Shown: positions 50,601-64,000 of the stretch, piece after piece
How positions within the stretch are numbered: the first letter of the stretch is position 1
How the letters are laid out: every line of letters starts with the position of its first letter
Program-made: the position numbers and the translations under genes
The notes under the pieces: generated by a model
Told to the model about the DNA's origin: nothing
The model's input: the letters and a program-made list of their open reading frames with translations, nothing else
The model's database searches: none
Assembly: GCA_973895155.1 (NCBI GenBank)
Contig: OZ316898.1
Location: 10,196,286 to 10,260,285, forward strand
Direction of reading: 5' to 3'
Origin: Marsupella aquatica
Lineage: Eukaryota; Plantae; Marchantiophyta
Length of the DNA: 64,000 bases

Positions 50601-51615
50601 AATGGAATTACCTCCCATGACTCCCTATGGAGTTCCTAGGTTTGAGCAGCAGCCCAATCTAGTGCACGACATGTACAGATATAATTCTTATCAACAACAG
50701 CAGTGGCCAACTGCCGTGTTCTGTCCTCCGCTTCCGTCTAACCCTGGTCCCAGCTGGTGCGGTGTGCCACAACCTTTGCCCTTCGTGAACCCAGCTGTAA
50801 GAGCTCCATATGGATGGTGCAATGACCTGGCTCCTGGTTCACATCCATCTGGTCCTTCCAATTACATGAGACATCCTTCTCAAAATAATTCCCAACCAAT
50901 GCCTGCTACGTTTCACCCTTCTTCATTTGGTATGCACTCACCATGGGCTGACACTTCAAATAATCAGCAAGCAGGAGTTGAAGCGGAGAGGTTTCACCAG
51001 CAGGGCCAATGGCCTTCAGCGTTAGAGACTGGTCAGACGAAAACTCCTGTTTTCCAAAAACCTCGTACGTATTCTTCCAATCAGGATTGTGCACAGGTAG
51101 GGTTACAGAAGGGGCAGGGCGGGGGCCCCTTCGGAGCATTTGATACATCTGCTGTACCCTCTCGACAACCAATGCGGGATTCTAGGAGTCAGGAGTGCGC
51201 GGTTTCAACATCACAACACGCAGAGAGTGGGGGACATAGTGGTTGGCAGCGCTATGATGGGAATTACCCTCGAGAGTGTGGTGACCGAGCCGAAGTTCCT
51301 ACTGCAGAGCAACATAGACATGCAAACAAATCAGAAAACGTACTGAAAAGGAGCAGAGGTACCAGACCAGAAGCGGAAGGTTTAGGGGAAAGAAATGGAG
51401 CAAGACTTTCCTTCGAGTGTAGGACGTCTCCTGACAATCAAATGGATGCTCTACCCTTATTTCCTTTGGGTCCTGCCTCGAAGGGTTTGGAGAATGGGAG
51501 ACCCGGGAATCATTCGTCTTCAGGAGTCATCAAAGCTGTACCACGAGCAGTGGTGGCAAGTGCAGAGTCTACTGCAGGAATTTTGAGCTCAATTCAGAGT
51601 CAGAGACAACAGTAA
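44658..51615 (+). CDS. ELF3: EARLY FLOWERING 3 (Evening Complex scaffold), ~1013 aa; exons 44658-44918, 46694-47913, 49944-49995, 50107-51615
   Basis: Conserved ELF3 blocks are [72 protein letters not shown] and the C-terminal [29 protein letters not shown]. Junctions are GT-AG and in phase, totalling 3042 nt. Confidence 0.95.
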
Positions 51616-53744
51616 TCACTGTGTACAAATAGTGTGGACCTGTTGTGGTCAGTTTTGGCTGTCACTTTGGGCGAGGTGTTCTTCGTCTCTACTTGGCACT
51701 CCAGGGCATTTCGAGAACAGATGTGGCTTGTAACTTTGTTGTCGATGTGATGTTGCTATATGAGTGTGAGCAGCGATGGGGTACCTTTGGACGAGGTCTG
51801 ATGACGCCGCGGACGTGATACTTTTCCCTCCCTAACTCCGGGTTGGACGAATTCAGTAGTACTGCAGAGGAACGTGATGACCCACGGCTTTGCTACTTTG
51901 TTGTGTTTCCTGAGTCTGATGCCGGCCGTTAGGAACAGCTTCGAGTCGCTCTACAACGCAGCTACAAGGGGTCGAGAAAGCAAGCACGTGGGACTAATTT
52001 ACCAACCTTATACCGTCAAGAAATGTCTTCCCAGCGAAGTGGTATGTGGAGATGAATTGTTAATACAATCCCTCCTTGCTCTCTGTTTGATCTGTTTCTT
52101 CTCTGCGAGATTTCTCAAGATATGTCGGTCCTAGCACAGGAAATGGAGAGTTTAAATCCATCAAGATGGAGTCATTCTGTGTATCAGTGGTTTAAGGACC
52201 TGGTAAGACCTTATTCACTTTTCTGATGAGTGCAATTTGTGATCAGGGCACCTTGGGCTGTGAAGTGCACGGATTACGCCAGAGCATCAGAGTTGCTGAA
52301 TTTTTGGGGCCTGGAACTGGAATGATGACACGAAGATTGTTTGGCACCCCAAGATAATTCGTCCGTCTTAAAAATATGTGTAGGAGTGTCATTTCTGCGA
52401 TCGCCCTATGACTTGTAGGAAGAGAGGAATTTGTTCTGGAGAAAGATATATCGAGCTCTACTAAGCTCCTTGTAATAGGTAACCAAATATGCAATTCCTA
52501 GAGGCAGATTTAGCATTCATTCCTCGAGATAGGGCGTCTTTGTCCTCCAGCTTGTCATGTTTTTTGGTAGATCGCATATGAAAGCCATGGACAGTGATCT
52601 TGCTATGGGGGTGTTGCTTTTGTCTGATGGCCGTCTACTGGCCTAGATGGGAAGTGAAAGTCACCAGCCTATTTTAGCGCCTTGGTTTATTCTGTAACAA
52701 TGTCTGCCTGCAGTTTTTACTGATGATTTACGATATGTGAGGTTCTTGGGGCATGTTGACGGACATATTTGGTTTTCTTGCTCTACAGACTTTGTACCAG
52801 GAACTAAACCTGACCTTTCCTGGCCTCTTGTTTACCGCAGTTCCCCTCCCTATCCCCCCGTCTCGCTTGCCCAAATGTACTATGAAAGTCCTGCAACTTA
52901 AAAAATATCGTAGTGTATACCAATAGTTTTGAACTTTTGGGTGTCGAGTGAATTTTGTTGTCCGGCCCTTGTTCGTCATTGGGTGTGATTGTAAAATTGC
53001 ATCATGTTACAATAGGAGGGAAGAGTTGTGGATTTGAGCTCTAAAGGAGCGATGTGGGGCTGAGAGAAGTCGTATTTGTTTTTGCACGTGTATTAAATTT
53101 GAGAATAGTGGTGAAGAGCTGTAAGCTCTTCTAGGGAGTTTGTAGACAACTGTTTTACAGTTTGTTAATTGCTGGATTTGGATCGAACGTGTTTCCCGAG
53201 CTGGTCCTGGTGGGGATGTTTGATGGAGATAGTTTGTTATGATAGGTGAAGTTGTGAAAATATCACGCCTCTAGTTAGTATCTGTGACCGAGATCAGTAT
53301 GGAATTATTGAAGTCTTTATAACTAAAATTTTCTGACTTGGCTATTCTCAAGACCCCTTCCCTCAAAAGTCGAGCTTAGTGAGGGCTGATCGGATCGAAA
53401 ATGCTCGTCATGCTACCTCCTTCGAAAGATAAAAATGTGAACTCTATTCCCTGCATGAGTGGCCAACCGCCTCGTCTATTAATCTCGGATGTGTGCAGTT
53501 CTGAGTTTTAGGTCAGATTTCGGGGAAGCAAGGGGGTTGGGCAACCTTGAGACTAGAGACTAATGCCAAGCAAATTTAACGATTGAGCAGAGCAGGCATA
53601 CAACAATTGAATACAACCTTGATTGTGCTGTGCCCTGACCCTGCATTTTGCGTTCAATGCATTATACTTCAAATGCACTTCCGATTTTTAAATTACTAGT
53701 CCATCCAAGCAGCATTACGTGCAGCATTAGATCCAAGCACTCTG

Positions 53745-53850
53745 TCAAGCTCAGCACATTTAAATCTTTGCTTCACAAACACTCTGTCATTAAATCTTTG
53801 CTTTACAAACACTCTGTCATTTAAATCTTTGCTTTACAAACACTCTGTCT
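53745..53850. repeat. ~30-bp tandem repeat, 3 copies
   Basis: TAAATCTTTGCTT(C/T)ACAAACACTCTGTCAT. Confidence 0.85.
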
Positions 53851-54227
53851 GTGCACGGGCTTTGAGATTAATATGTTGGTGATCTTTGAATTCAGTGATC
53901 TTTGAATTTGACAAACTGAATTCTGCGGTGATGGCTCCGAAGTTCACGTGAATGTTGTTGCCTCAATTGGGGCTCCCGGTTTCTGTGCTATAACATATGT
54001 AATATACACATTGATGTCCATGAATATATGTCTTGTACACACTGATGTCGATGTGTACAAAATTCTGGCTCATGTCCATGTCTACAAAATCTAACTATGG
54101 TGCTTATGGTGCTCCATATCGTGCTTTAACATATATAATACATTTAGTAAATGTTTACAAACTCTAACTATAGTGCTCCATATTGTGTTTTAACATGTAT
54201 AATAGCCCTATGCCCATGCATTGCATA

Positions 54228-54830
54228 AAAGATGTCAAGGTGATAAAAGATATCAAGGATGATAAAAAGATGTTGAATGATAAAAAAATGTTGGGGTGAT
54301 AAAAAGATGTTGAGATAATAAAAAGATGTTGAGGTGATAAAAATAATGTTGAGTGATAAGCGGATGTCGAAGTGATAAAAATATGTCGAGCTGATAAAAG
54401 GGCATCAAGTGATAAAACGGTGTTGAGTGATAAGCAGATGTTGAAGTGATAAAAAAATGTTGAGGTGATAAAAATATGTCGAGTGATAAAAAGATGTCAA
54501 GTGATAAAAAGATATTCAACAAAGGAAAAAATGTTGAGATGAACAAATGATGTTTAAGTGAGGCACAAATGTCAACATGATAATGGGATACGGCAAACAT
54601 GATGAAGATGAAGATTTCAAGGAGAGATATTATGCCAAGGTGAACAAAAGATGTCACGGTGAGCAAAAAATGTCAAGGCAAAAGAAGACAAAAATGTCAA
54701 GGCATGTTTAAATGTACATTGCATTGAGGCAAAGATTCGGGGTGATGTGAACATTTTGACTCGAGGCAAAGACATGCAAAAAGATGCAAGTGAGCCAAAG
54801 AAATGTAGATAATGCAAATTAATGTAAGCA
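54228..54830. repeat. Degenerate ~18-bp minisatellite (GTGATAAAAAGATGTTGA)
   Basis: More than 15 imperfect copies that decay towards the right. Confidence 0.8.
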
Positions 54831-57800
54831 AGGCAAGAAAGTTGTTTAAACATCTCATATGTTGTTACGACCATCTCGTCATTATGATGATGCAGTCACT
54901 CTGGCCATGAGGGTGTTGTGGCTATGCTGGTCTTGCGGCCATGTTGTTGCCAAGCCCAATGTCAACACATTGCATAGATACATTTAGGTAAGGTAAAGAA
55001 CTATTGATTAAAAGCTGGGGTTTTTAGGTGGATCAAACTAAAATATTGGATTTTCCATAATTCTTTCTTGACCATTTCATGTGAAAAGTGTTGTCAATGC
55101 GGAGACCTTGTTCAAAATAGCACATGAAATTATGTAATCAAGTAATGTAATTCAAGTCAACACAAAAATATGGGATAAGGCGCAAATGGGTAATGAGAGT
55201 ACACGGGCAAGAGTTGGGCAAGAAATCCTTATTGTTAATGATACAAAGATGGAACAAAAGACTGGACAAAAGATGCAAATGGGGGCAAAGAGTTGGGCTC
55301 CAGACTTGGGAAAGAATTAGGGCAAAAGCAAGACTAATAGAGATGAGGGGGCATGTCAAGCATACATGTCTTGTGGAGAAAAGATGTTGGGAGCTTGATC
55401 TTCTTGGTCTTCATTAAAGATGCATTTTTTGAAAAGATTTTCAAAAAGAATGTTGGAGGTATAGATGGAATAACAAATTTGGGACCTATTTTCTATAAAA
55501 CATAAAACAAAAAACAAAAATATAATCAAAACATGTAAAAAACAGTTGACTTTGCTTTTGCATTTTTATTTTATTTTGGAAGAAGATGTTGTTTTGTTAT
55601 GAAAACTATATTGTTGGGGAGAGCAAGGATGTGGGAGGGTGAAAGTGAGTGCAAGAGAGATGATGGCCCCCGGTGCTTTGATACTATTGGGAGTGGAATA
55701 TTTTATTTTTTTCTCTCCTCCTTTTCCTATTTTTACACTCCTATGCAACACCATCACTCCCTTTTTTTTCTTACATTGGCACCATTAAATAAACAGAAAA
55801 AATATACAACTAAATACACAAAAGCAAAAAAAGGAGAAAATCAACCCATTCTCCTTCCTTCTAGAGTCTCATAGGCTCTGCAAAAATCCAAAATTTTTCA
55901 TGCCCCAAAAGATTCTCTTCCATTCGTGTGTACTTTCATACTTGAAAAAAGAAAACACATTTAAGATGATGTCACATAAGTATCTTCTCATATACTATGT
56001 CAGATCAGTATCATCTCTTATACTTTGTATTTTACTATTAAAATGAGCATATCATTTGACATACCTGGTCAATCAATCCAAGGGTACAAAAAAATATTTG
56101 AAAGAATCTGACGGCTCAGGTTTGTTCCCTCCATTTCTGAATTTGTAAGCAGACGAAAGAGCTTTTTGGCGGCATTGCATATTATAGAAGTAGATTTTGT
56201 ACACATTGATATCTATGATTGTATAATATGTTTTGTACACATTGATGTCCATGTCTATGAAATCTAACTATGGTGCTCCATATTGTGTTGTTTGGTTCAT
56301 TCAACACTATGATCCGTGTAATGTATACAATCTGATCTAATTGTGATGGTCTATGTAGTGCTGTACATGGTGAATGGTTCATTGACATGGTTGCCTGTGT
56401 ATGCATTGTTTTCAATGTGTACCATGTCAATGCATTGGCTTTTTCAACACTGGGGTCATAGTCAATCTCATTTGGTGATGCCATTGGACACCAAAGAACA
56501 ATAGAACATGCTGCATTGTACGGAATTGGCATTCTCATTTTAAACCTACACATTGCCTTGGAAGAACATTCAACACAAAATGATACCTCTGGTGGGCCTG
56601 GAGGTCCATTGGGCAAAAATATACATTGTTTGGTGGGTTAAGTAAGAAAGTTGCAATTGGAGATCCATTAAGTATATCTCTTCATCCAGAATCCACTCCC
56701 ATCTCTACTCAAAAAATTGTTCCCAAAAGATTCCCATTCCTGTCCCTACTCCCGGCCCTACTCACCATTACTCTAGAGACTAAGTCATAAGAGCCTGAAA
56801 AGCCCGATGTTAATATAAATGATGATAAAAGTGATCATGTATGATCATCATTTTGACATACATAATATCCCATGGTTTCTTTCTATCCCCATAAATTTTG
56901 GTGGGGCCTAAGAGTCATGGTCTTGAGGGTTCACTCAATAAGCCTAGCCACCAACTCCACACTAGCTTCTCATTGTTATATACATGAGGGATTGTGGCAC
57001 AAACTGCAATTGTTACATGCATGATGGAATGGGTCATGAACGTAGATTCAGATTATACTTTAGACCAGATGCCCATCTCTACTCACAAGTATAAATTTAA
57101 TTAAACTATTCCCTAAACAATTATGCCTTTTGTTTCACTCTGGCTGGAGACTGTCTGATTGGGAGTTTGATGGACTGGGTCATGAACGTAGATTTAGATG
57201 GCTGATAATAGTGTAGACCTAATGCCCATCTCTCCTCTCAAGTAGAGTTTAGAATTTGTAAAAAAATTGCTACCAAACCAGACTAAGTCATACTAGCTTG
57301 AGTGCTCATTCAATCCTTTGAGTGTTAGTAGAATTGATGACAAAAATGATCATGCATGATCATCATTCTGACTTACGGAATTTCCTATCATTTTTTTAAT
57401 CCACATAAATTTTGGTCTGGCTCTAGAATTAAGGTCTGAAGGCTTCACTCTAGAAGCCTAGACCCTAACCCTAGCTTCTCATTGCGAATAGTTATATAAG
57501 TGATGGACTAGGTCATGAACATAGATTACATTGCTAATTATAGTGGAGAGATGTCGATAGACAGAGATACTTAGGTAGATTATTGTGTGGGCTTTCATTA
57601 ATTAACGAGCAACCATGCATATGGCTGATGGTTTGTACCTTGTTTGGGAGCCTACTCGGGTTACTCTGCTTATTTGGAGATTTGTTTCAATTGTTTTAGG
57701 CAAGGTGCCTCTTTGGTATCATTGGACTCTGAAAATGTATTTTAGGGTTTGACCCCTAACTTATAAGTGATTTCTTTTGTTGCAAAACCCTTTCTTTCTT

Positions 57801-57859
57801 TCTTTAAATTTTGCCATTTTTTAAACTGAAAACCCCAAAAAATTTATAGAAAGTAATTT

Positions 57860-58930
57860 TTACAATTAAATAGACCTATGTGTTCTTTAAAGCTGACCAG
57901 TCAATAAAACATGCCCTATTTTGTCTTCTACAAAATCTTGGAAGTCTTCTGCCACACCCATTTAAATGGGCCTATATTTCGTCGCACATGATGTGTCATT
58001 TCCGTGGGACTGACCCCCCCCCTGGAGGTATTACCGAGGTATATACCCCCCTCCTAAACCACCACTGCCCATATTTTAAGAGGGAAGTGTCCAAGAACTT
58101 CTCACTTTTCCATAATTATGCCATTGATTCACTTCTTTTCCCTAGGTCCCAGTCCTCTCCACAATTCAGGAAAAATTGATTGTTTCTAATGAAATTTGGA
58201 TCCTATGGTTAACCTGTAACTCTTGAAGGGGCAGCTGTGGTTTAATGATTTTGATTTTCTCTTTTTAGACCCTCTTCTTAGGTGTATATTTATTCTTCAA
58301 TCTTCTCTGTCCTCTGCTAGAGTGCATATAATTTTATCCTTATATTCAAGTTATATTAAATTGACATTTCAGATAGGAGGGATACCTAAACCCTGAGCTA
58401 TTTTCCCAAGATTGTGCGAAGACAGTACAAAGGAGTGTGAGAAGCAAACGCTTCAAGATAACACCAACCCCTGCCCTACTAGCTACAACTCACAGTTTTG
58501 TTTTCTAAGTTTTTGTGTTTGAATGACCTAAGTATCCAACAGCCTCAGCCCCCCCAAAGGATGGTGAGAGCCTGGGCCCGCTATAGAGCTACAGACACCT
58601 GATGCCGAAAGAAGCTAGTAAGGATTGAAATAGGCGGTAGGGTTTCCGCTCAGCACAAAAGACTGCACAGTTATGGGGGAAACGGTCAAAAATGGGGTGG
58701 AGGGACCCAAAGACCTCCAAAGAAAGCGGGTAGAAAAGATCCCCCGGTCGAGTACTCAGCCGCATGCGTGTCCCTTGGGGGTTTCACTTTCACAAAAATG
58801 ACACATCACATGCAACAAAGTATATGATCATTTTAATATTGCTTCAATGGGAAGACTAATTTATTTTTTGAGAAGAATAATATGGTCTTTTAAATCCAAT
58901 TTTGAGACTTATAAGAACATTATATAGGGT
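57860..58930. mobile_element. Degenerate foldback/MITE-like remnant with long imperfect inverted arms
   Basis: CACATGATGTGTCATTTCCGTGGGACTGACCCC (~57986-58020) is inverted relative to GGGGTTTCACTTTCACAAAAATGACACATCACATG (~58778-58812), with patchy similarity continuing outward. No TSD was found. Confidence 0.45.
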
Positions 58931-59472
58931 ACTTATAACCAAAATTTGGAATATTTCAAGAATATTCCAACTTTATAGGGGTAAATTTTTTTTCTCACAT
59001 TTTAGGGGGACCGAGGCCTAAAAACGTAGCAGGTGATGGGGAGGCATCCATAGAGTGAAACCCCTCCTTTAGCTGCACTGCCTTGGCTGCAGCATGGCCC
59101 TGGACATGGGCAGCAACCGAAACATGAGTCCCACCTGTAGGATTGGCAATGACCACGTCGCCAAAGGCCCAGACGCCTGCCCGAGAAAGGACCAGGTCAA
59201 CTCGCTAACGATGAGTAACACCATCCCCAGGAGGAAGCACACAGAGCTGCTCCATCATGACATGGTAACCAAAGTCATCATGAGTAGGCTTTGCTTTAAT
59301 TATCTGCAAATGGTTGTTGTTCTTGGATGATGGATAGAGACATACTGCCCCTCATACTGCTATCCTTTAAGTCAACTTAATTTAAAAAATAGCAATTGCT
59401 CTAGGTCTTATAATTTTGCCTTGACACAAAAAGACCTTGCCTTGGTAACACTTGCTCTGTCAAAGGTTTCTC

Positions 59473-60680
59473 CGGAAACATACTTGATGGGGCCCCTCTA
59501 GCTAAAGATATTCCTGACGAGCCCCTAACTTTTGAAATATACTTAAAGGGGCCCCTTGTCCCTGTAACCCTTTCTTAGTACCTGTCATATTATTTTTCTA
59601 TTTTTCAATTGTAATATATTGTACAACTATCTAAGTCAGTCCACCAGATGTACTGTCTAGAAACAATTCAGTGTACTTTTGTTTGAAAATAAGTATATAA
59701 CTTATGTATGAAATATTTAGCTTTTCTTACTCCCAAATGTTTTTCATTCATGTTTTGAAATACTTCTGCAAGGGAAGTAGTACTTTAAATAAGGTACTTA
59801 ATTTTTGCTCTCTTTAGTTATTTTCTCTCAAGTTTTTGGAGTTACTCGTACACCTGACAGTATTTCTCCAAAGCATAGTCTTACCTGAACTTTAGGAAGG
59901 TGAGCCAATCATTTTGAGTGCTATCCGGGTGCTTTTTTAAAAAGTTGTTTTTTGCAAATAAATCATGCATGTGGGACTTAAATAATTCTTTGATACTATT
60001 TTTCCAAAGTCATTTTTGGAAATATTCACCTTAGACTTGAGCATTTCCTTAGTGTCATTTTTGTGATATTTTAGATGTGAGCACCTAGGTAGAGTATTTC
60101 AGGCCAATTTACGCAATAGTCACCATTGTCATGTCCAGAGTCCCTTTTGCAATCTGATTGGTCCTCACAAGCCTCAAGGTGGTCTGCCTTAACCCTGCTG
60201 CAAGACCTTCGGACAGTGGCTCCAAAATGACAAACATGAACATGAAACATGTATTTTGTTTTCAGCCGCTCCCATGTAGGACATTCCAAGAATGAAGGCA
60301 AGGATTGAACCCCGGATTGAACTCATCAAAACTTGTTAAACATTTGTCCAAGTCTAATCTTTTAGTAATCGTTAGGGAACAAGTAAAGAGAATAAGAACT
60401 CCGTACTGTCTTTACTTTTTGTGTAGGAGTTATTCAAAATAAATGTGAGAGTGACAGGGGCTAAATACTTTATAAATAAATTATATAAATATTTTAAACA
60501 AGAGTACACTAAAAATTGCTTCTAGACAGTATATCTAATGGACTAACATAGACAATTGTATAATCATGTTACAGTTAACAAATATATAAAATAATATGGC
60601 AGGTTTTGAGAAAGGGTTACAAAAGTTAGGGGCTAGTCAGGAATATCTTTCGCTAGAGGGGCCCATAAAGTATTTTGCTG
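59473..60680. mobile_element. Non-autonomous Mutator-like element/MITE (1208 bp) with ~250-bp TIRs and a 10-bp TSD
   Basis: Arm 59473-~59720 (..GGGCCCCTCTAGCTAAAGATATTCCTGACGAGCCCCTAACTTTTG..) is the reverse complement of ~60460-60680. TSD AAGGTTTCTC is at 59463-59472 and 60681-60690. Confidence 0.88.
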
Positions 60681-60977
60681 AAGGTTTCTCAATAGGAGAT
60701 GCTTACATGAATTTTTTTATGTGGTTTTCTACTTTGTACTTTGTAATACAAGTTGAAATGATCCACACTCCCATACCGCGCTGAGTCTGATTGAATGACA
60801 TACTAACGACGTCCCGTAGAAGGGTTACCGGGTCCTCCGTTAGCTTATTTTTTTGCACGGTGAGGGATGGTCGTGGGGAGTTTTAGAGTCACGTACAAAG
60901 GGGACTCGGAATGAAGTCACTTGAGAGTGGTGCTGTAGAAGGCGATGAGGGGATGCGATTCTAGACTCTAGAAGACA

Positions 60978-63900
60978 ATGATGTGTTGCCTTCTGACAAT
61001 GGTGAACGCGTTGAGGAAGTACCGTTCAAGGAGTGTATCCTGCGGAATGGAGATATTTTCAGGAGGAAAGAGTGTATCCAGCGAAATGGAGATCTTTTCA
61101 GGAGGAAAAAGACTGGTTTCGCTTCGGGTTCTGGTCGTCACTTGCCTGGCGTGCGTTTCTACTGTCAGAACTCAACAGTCACCACAGCGTAAGTCTTTCT
61201 AATTTCTTAGTGCTGCTTCGCATTCAACTAACGGGATAGTTGAACGGAGGTGACGAAAGGGCAGATGAAAAATTCAACACTTCTATTGTAGTACTCATCG
61301 GACAAAAACAATGTTAACTAACGTACTGTACTTAGGTTCCTAACCACATAACGCAGAGCTGTGTGTTTCTTATGACGTGCTAAACGCAATTCCCATGTTT
61401 TAAGAGACTGAGGCTTGTCTCAAGGTATCCTACTGGAAAGCCAATAACAATCGTCCAACACTTAGAAACATGCGTGATACGAGCATAATCAAAATTGCTC
61501 CGAAAACTTAGATTCTGATTGCAGGTTGAACTGGACAATGTGAGGTTTCATCACCAGGTTGGTTATTCACCATTTGATTGCCCATTTGGCAAATGCGGCA
61601 GTCAGAGATATAACAGCGGGAAAACGATTAATCATACTGATAGCTAAACCAGGTTGACTTCACAAAATTCTATTTGTATAGGAATGTACAAATATATACG
61701 AAGCCGCTTACAGTCAGCAGTTTGACTTCAGCTTCGATTATTACAACAGTTTGGGGTACTTGGTTCTAACGTACATATGATTACGGTCAGATATTCATGT
61801 ACTAGACATTCTCCTCTTTCGCAGGGTTTCTTAGCATTGACTGCGGGAGCGATGTAAGCTACTATGACAACAATACTGGAATCTATTGGGAGGCGGATGC
61901 TAAATATATTTCGACAGGAAAGAACCAACAGATTGCCGTTGCAAGTACCGAGATCAACGAAAGGCAATCGCGGACCGCCAGAGTATTTGACGCGTCGTCA
62001 CATACTAGAAACTGCTACGTGCTGCCTGTAGTTTCTGGGGAAACGTATCTCTTACGAGCAACTTTCTTCGCTGGGAACGTGACAGACCATAGCCAGACCG
62101 TCGCTTTCGTCATGTGGATGGACAACAACTGGGCAAATCAATACGTATGGTACCCTGCAGGTGACTTGCTGACTTTCAAGTAATTAGAGACTACGCTCTT
62201 GGGAATGCTCTGTAAACACTAACACCTTATGCAGGTACGATAAGGCTTGGATTTCAAGCATGTCCGATAATTTCTATCGTTGTCTAGCTCAAATTAAACG
62301 GTCCAGCTCAAAATGCCAAATCTGATATATGACAAATTCAGTCTAGTCGATTCAGCTCTAGGAGACGAGCTAGCATAAGTGAGACAGTTTGATGGTAGGG
62401 AGGGGATGGTAGGGAGGGGATCGAAGTCATAAAAAGTTGGCATAATTTGTATCGCAAAGTTCTGGATTTCAGCTGCTTGGATTCTCCACTTCATTCATGT
62501 AGAAACCCATTGATTAAGTTAATAAGGGGTTCGAACAACGCCAAAAGTCTGGATTACTTACCGATGTGACTAAAACCGCAAGTTAATACTCGTGTGCTGG
62601 AGATGTGGCTTGGAAGTTTGGATTGACAGCAGTGCTGTGCAGGTTCAAGTTTTTACAAATCATCTTATGATGAGTTTATCTATTCCCCTTCGAGAAGCAA
62701 CTTAAACTTGTGCATCGTTTTGGACCCTGCTGGATTGATTACTTTCATATCTGCGTTGGAGCTTAGGCAGCTGGCAAGGGGTATGTACGCTTCTATTTTA
62801 GCGCCAACAGCCGTTCTACAACTGGCGAACAGATCTAATTTCGGACCAAACGAAACTAGCACCGTCAAAATTTGGAGGTATGTAAACCTGAAATGCCTTT
62901 ATTGATGATATTCTGTCACCTTGTTCGAGAAGTTGTGGAGTCAAGAGTAGTATCCATTGACGTACTCATGTCACGCAATATGACCACTAACGGGACTGGC
63001 ATATATCCATATAAGGTGACAAATCACACAAATCACTGGGCAACACCTTTCGATTCTCACATAACGTTTGCCCATCACTGGGTGATTGATCTACTTACAT
63101 ACTCAACCATAATACGAACCTACAGGCTTCTTGTTGAGTTCAAGCGAGCCGTTTAGTTCGTTCGAGACCTTCATCTCTTCTGTTTTCATTTCCCTTTGAT
63201 CTTCATGTATGGCATGCCAAACAACATCCTGCAAGACTGCAATTATCTTGCAGAGACCTTATTTAAAAGGCCGGTACACACCTCAAATGAGATAAAAATG
63301 CCATTTACATGCCACAAGAGGCGAGCCTTCGCTGCTACTGTGGGCGGATGATTACGTGCAGGCCCTTTTCCACATACAAGTGTTACGATGTAATAAAATA
63401 TTTCGCCTACAATGCCTCCAGACACCTATCCTTAACTTTTGCAGATTCCGCATCTAGGAGCAGGTCTATCGTCATTTGGTCTAAGATATTACCAATAGCT
63501 GGATTTGCAGTAATTGTTAAGAAGGTTTTCAGTACGTCTGTTGAATGTTACTCCTCGCTCTACAGTTGCTTACGTCTTTACATCAGATGATTCTTATCAC
63601 AGGTACCCTGATGATGCTTACGACAGGATCTGGACATTGCCGAGTTTACCCAGCAATACCTTCACATCACTACGTAACAGCAGTATTTCCCTCTCATCCA
63701 ATTCTATCGCTCATGACCCAGATCAGGCGCCATTATCGGTGATGGAGGATGCTTGGGTTGTAGACGGGTCCAGCCCTATTGTATATACGTTTGATTCTTT
63801 CGGCCAGTCACCTGTTGGTATTTACACTGCGGCGTATTTCGAGGAGCTCGACGGCAATGCTTTTGGCAACAATGTCCGCGGAATGAATTACTATTTGAAT

Positions 63901-64000
63901 GATAGTCTCGTTCAGTCGTTCAATGTCACCAATGAACCGTTGGAGATTCATCTCCATTCTCATAGCTTGGCCAATTCGCTGAACATCTCTTTTACAAAAG
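60978..64000 (+). CDS. Malectin-like-domain receptor (probably an LRR-I type RLK), 5' part; exons ~60978(or 61086)-61188, 61825-62160, 62643-62877, 63603->64000
   Basis: A signal-peptide-like LVSLRVLVVTCLACVSTVRT precedes the malectin-like hallmarks FLSIDCG, RNCYVLPV, YLLRATF, FISALELR, RYPDDAYDRIW and AYFEEL. Junctions are in phase. LRR and kinase domains are not in the window. Confidence 0.88.

Noticed and set aside
470-54874. Many 60-170-aa ORFs in the supplied track (e.g. 470-1121, 20989-21571, 22070-22341, 33827-34125, 54253-54666)
   Set aside because: They are translations of tandem repeats, antisense shadows of real exons, or intron read-through, with no recognisable domains.
54218-56181. 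Possible insertion bounded by a 10-bp direct repeat GCATTGCATA
   Set aside because: No TIRs or LTRs are visible at the junctions and the flanks are themselves repetitive, so it cannot be supported.
56760-57540. Possible LTR pair
   Set aside because: It is a degenerate ~500-bp-period tandem duplication without TG...CA ends, PBS/PPT or internal coding sequence.

Overview
Eukaryotic, intron-rich land-plant DNA, probably a bryophyte or liverwort. This is inferred from an intron-rich FO synthase sitting next to ELF3 and a malectin-like receptor gene. Host genes: RAMP4/SERP1 (+, 2236-3722), an intact 19-exon bifunctional FO (deazaflavin) synthase of FbiC/CofG-CofH type (-, 5191-13075, ~951 aa), a 4-exon ELF3 clock gene (+, 44658-51615, ~1013 aa), and the 5' part of a malectin-like receptor gene (+, from ~60978, running off the window). 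The main structure is a 20.6-kb Mutator-like element (13760-34368) with ~97-bp TIRs and a perfect 10-bp TSD (CCACTAGAAG), inserted just upstream of the FO synthase. It contains four decayed or uncharacterised genes: (1) a MULE transposase interrupted by a nested 1.07-kb TIR element; (2) a gene with a membrane segment and an RNase H1-N/caulimovirus P6-type hybrid-binding domain; (3) a convergent multi-exon gene with a C2H2-like finger and tandemly amplified GRRGRGR mini-exons; (4) an intronless DUF7869/Sola1-like transposase with three En/Spm-like N-terminal repeats. Its non-coding parts carry ~35 copies of a GAAGACA/TGTCTTC motif, spread by tandem repeats. This resembles the VANDAL/VANC sequence-specific anti-silencing layout and is the best candidate for an undescribed system. 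Smaller elements are a PIF/Harbinger element, a Mutator-like MITE, a foldback remnant, a LINE fragment and many tandem arrays. All coordinates, splice sites and counts were read by eye.
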